From positions 1-37,065 of the IMG/VR virus record IMGVR_UViG_3300020042_006894: a stretch of DNA of 37,065 nucleotides; one strand, given 5' to 3'. Source of the DNA: a virus. Its lineage: Duplodnaviria; Caudoviricetes. Positions 35,345-37,065 of this stretch are shown here, one piece after another; position 1 is the stretch's first letter, and every line of letters starts with the position of its first letter. The position numbers and the translations under genes are program-made. The notes under the pieces are model-generated. The model saw only the letters and a list, made by a program, of their open reading frames with translations. It ran no database searches and was not told where the DNA came from.

Positions 35345-36057
35345 GCATTTATGACCGCGCAATGGCGCAGCTTAAAGCAATGGGAAGTGTTTTTGGATTT
35401 GATCCGACTGTGGTTGATCAAAAATCAGCAGATTGGCACATTATGAAACTAGGCGTAATCAGTGCCAGCAATGCCGATAAAATCGTTATGAAGCGTGACA
35501 GTGAAACACGCGCCACTTACATGGCAAGTTTAATCAGTCAGATTTGCTCATGCACTTTGCCGGATGAAATGACATTCAAGCAGATTGAGCATGGCAACAC
35601 CTATGAACCTGTGGCGCGTGATGCGCTCTCTGCTGCGCTTGGCTTCATTGAGATTAAAGAGTTGCCATTCTTATACATGGATCAAGCAATGCGCGTTGGC
35701 GTGTCGCCTGATGGTGTTTTCAATGATTCAATCGTTGAAATCAAATGCCCGTTCAATGGTGAGAACTTTATCAAGTTCGCAGCATTCGGAGCTAATAAGA
35801 AATCCTGGCGCTGGCAAGCTCAGTTCCAAATGTTTGCAAGTGGCGCAAGCGAGCATATCTTTTGCCAGTACGATCCGCGCATGGTCTTATGCAACAACCT
35901 AAGCTATGCAAAAACAGAATTGTCAGATGCAGACCAAACAACACTGCGTGATGCAATACCGCAATTTATTGCTGATATGGATGAAGCCTTGAATGCTTTA
36001 GGCGTTACATTCGGTCAGCATTGGGAATATTTAAAACAACAACGGAGTAAAATTTAA
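35341..36057 (+). CDS. exo: Lambda-type (YqaJ) exonuclease
   Basis: W...KLGVISAS, GNTYEPVAR, SPDG...EIKCP, QAQFQM. Confidence 0.92.
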   Translation: MSIYDRAMAQLKAMGSVFGFDPTVVDQKSADWHIMKLGVISASNADKIVMKRDSETRATYMASLISQICSCTLPDEMTFKQIEHGNTYEPVARDALSAALGFIEIKELPFLYMDQAMRVGVSPDGVFNDSIVEIKCPFNGENFIKFAAFGANKKSWRWQAQFQMFASGASEHIFCQYDPRMVLCNNLSYAKTELSDADQTTLRDAIPQFIADMDEALNALGVTFGQHWEYLKQQRSKI

Positions 36058-36266
36058 TGGCTTGCGATACCTGCGGCAAAGCTGATGCAGAGCTTGAGCC
36101 AGTAAACGATATTTTTAGAACTAGCGATGTGCAAATGATTTGCCCGAAATGCAAAGATGCGATCAACAAGCAAATCTTTAAAATCAGACATTCAACATCA
36201 ACGCTGATGAAAAACCTGGTTAAAGAATACCTTTCAAACTTAAATAAAAAATGGAGATCAAAATAA
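36057..36266 (+). CDS. Small zinc-finger protein
   Basis: CDTC...CPKC; GGAG RBS. Confidence 0.65.
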   Translation: MACDTCGKADAELEPVNDIFRTSDVQMICPKCKDAINKQIFKIRHSTSTLMKNLVKEYLSNLNKKWRSK

Positions 36267-36745
36267 TGGCAACAACAGTAGTCGGCAAAATAAACAAAGC
36301 CGCAACGCAATTCCAAGCAGGTGAATCAACAGGCTTCGGCATTCGCTTAGGCGTGAAGTATTATGATCGCGAAAGCAAAGCAGACGCCTATACCAACTAT
36401 GAAGCTGTGGTATTCGCCAAAGCTCCGGCGCAAGTGCAATTCTACCAGCAAGTATTGGTTGAGGGTGCAGTAGTTGAAGTTTCAGGCGACAAGCTGAAGA
36501 TTCGCCAGTTCCAAGGCCAAAACGGTTTGAGTCTATCGATTGAATTGCTTGATGCGAAATTGGGCTTTGTTCATGCGCCTCAGTCAAGCACCAATCAAGC
36601 ACAGGCACCGCAGCAGCAAAGGCCGCAGCCGCAACAACAACCGCAGCAGTCATACAATCAGCCACGCCAACCGCAGCAAAACTACCAGCCGCAGATTGGT
36701 CAGCCGTTTCAAGCGCCGGACTTCGACGATGACATCCCGTTTTGA
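36266..36745 (+). CDS. ssb: Single-stranded DNA-binding protein
   Basis: OB-fold-like N-terminus, Q/P linker, acidic tail FDDDIPF. Confidence 0.92.
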   Translation: MATTVVGKINKAATQFQAGESTGFGIRLGVKYYDRESKADAYTNYEAVVFAKAPAQVQFYQQVLVEGAVVEVSGDKLKIRQFQGQNGLSLSIELLDAKLGFVHAPQSSTNQAQAPQQQRPQPQQQPQQSYNQPRQPQQNYQPQIGQPFQAPDFDDDIPF

Positions 36746-36754
36746 TTAAATAGC

Positions 36755-36772
36755 AGCGCCTTCGGGCGCTTT
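36755..36772 (+). terminator. cUUCGg hairpin after ssb (weak terminator or stabiliser)
   Basis: AGCGCC-TTCG-GGCGCT-TT. Confidence 0.55.
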
Positions 36773-36787
36773 CCCCGAGGAAATAAA

Positions 36788-37065
36788 ATGAACAGAGACT
36801 GTTGGTCAACGCCAAAAGAAGTATTTCAAGCGTTGCATAATGAATTTAGTTTTACTGTCGATGTTGCGGCAAGCGCAGAAAATACTCACTGCCAAGAATA
36901 TATCGACGAAACCGAAAACGCTTTAGGCTGCCGCGAGTGGACGCCTGATTTTTATCTTGACTCGCCTGCTGGTCATTATGTTTGGTGTAATCCGCCATAT
37001 TCAGACATTATGCCCTGGGTAAAGAAAGCCGCTGAGCAGTCAAAGCGCAACGGCATAGGCGTCGT
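36788..37065 (+). CDS. dam: Phage Dam-like methyltransferase, N-terminal part (continues across the join)
   Basis: GAGG RBS; MNRDCWSTPKEVF...FTVDVAASAEN...VWCNPPYS. Confidence 0.9.
   Translation, partial: MNRDCWSTPKEVFQALHNEFSFTVDVAASAENTHCQEYIDETENALGCREWTPDFYLDSPAGHYVWCNPPYSDIMPWVKKAAEQSKRNGIGV
36945..37065. repeat. Terminal direct repeat, right copy
   Basis: Identical to bases 1-121. Confidence 0.95.

Noticed and set aside
36258-36815. 185-aa minus-strand ORF and the other antisense ORFs in the track
   Set aside because: They shadow well-supported genes such as ssb, scaffold and dnaB, and have no RBS or motifs.
36945-37065. 121-bp end repeat as a biological terminal repeat or att site
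   Set aside because: It lies mid-gene in dam and is an exact overlap, best explained as assembler circularisation. Physical ends cannot be inferred from it.

Overview
The window is an apparently complete, circular dsDNA tailed-phage genome of about 36,944 bp: bases 1-121 are repeated exactly at 36945-37065, and a Dam-like methylase gene runs through the join. It is siphovirus-like, with a tube protein, a 599-aa tape measure and no sheath. The sigma70 promoters and lambdoid recombination genes suggest a gammaproteobacterial host (inference). Two arms diverge from overlapping promoters at about 34.03-34.06 kb. The + arm carries RecT, lambda-type exonuclease, SSB, Dam, a dATP/dGTP diphosphohydrolase, YopX and small HTH genes. 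The - arm carries a Cro-like HTH, a T5orf172 protein, an O-like initiator with iterons, DnaB, NinB, NinG, small ORFs and a TGT/DpdA-fold protein. It continues through terminase, head, neck, tail, fibre and lysis genes to a second fibre-like module. No integrase or CI repressor was recognised. The most notable observations are: (1) an identical tandem-hairpin GCGGUGC element, with fixed spacing and compensating stems, over the ribosome-binding sites of the terS and scaffold genes; (2) a promoter- and terminator-bounded structured ncRNA candidate of about 200 nt in the head region, next to a membrane-protein cassette with a CsrA-type hairpin; (3) an orphan TGT/DpdA-like transglycosylase with no preQ0 pathway genes; (4) twin early promoter-hairpin cassettes; (5) a post-lysis fibre module with a 7x22-aa repeat protein. 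All family assignments are from motif recognition by eye, not from database searches.
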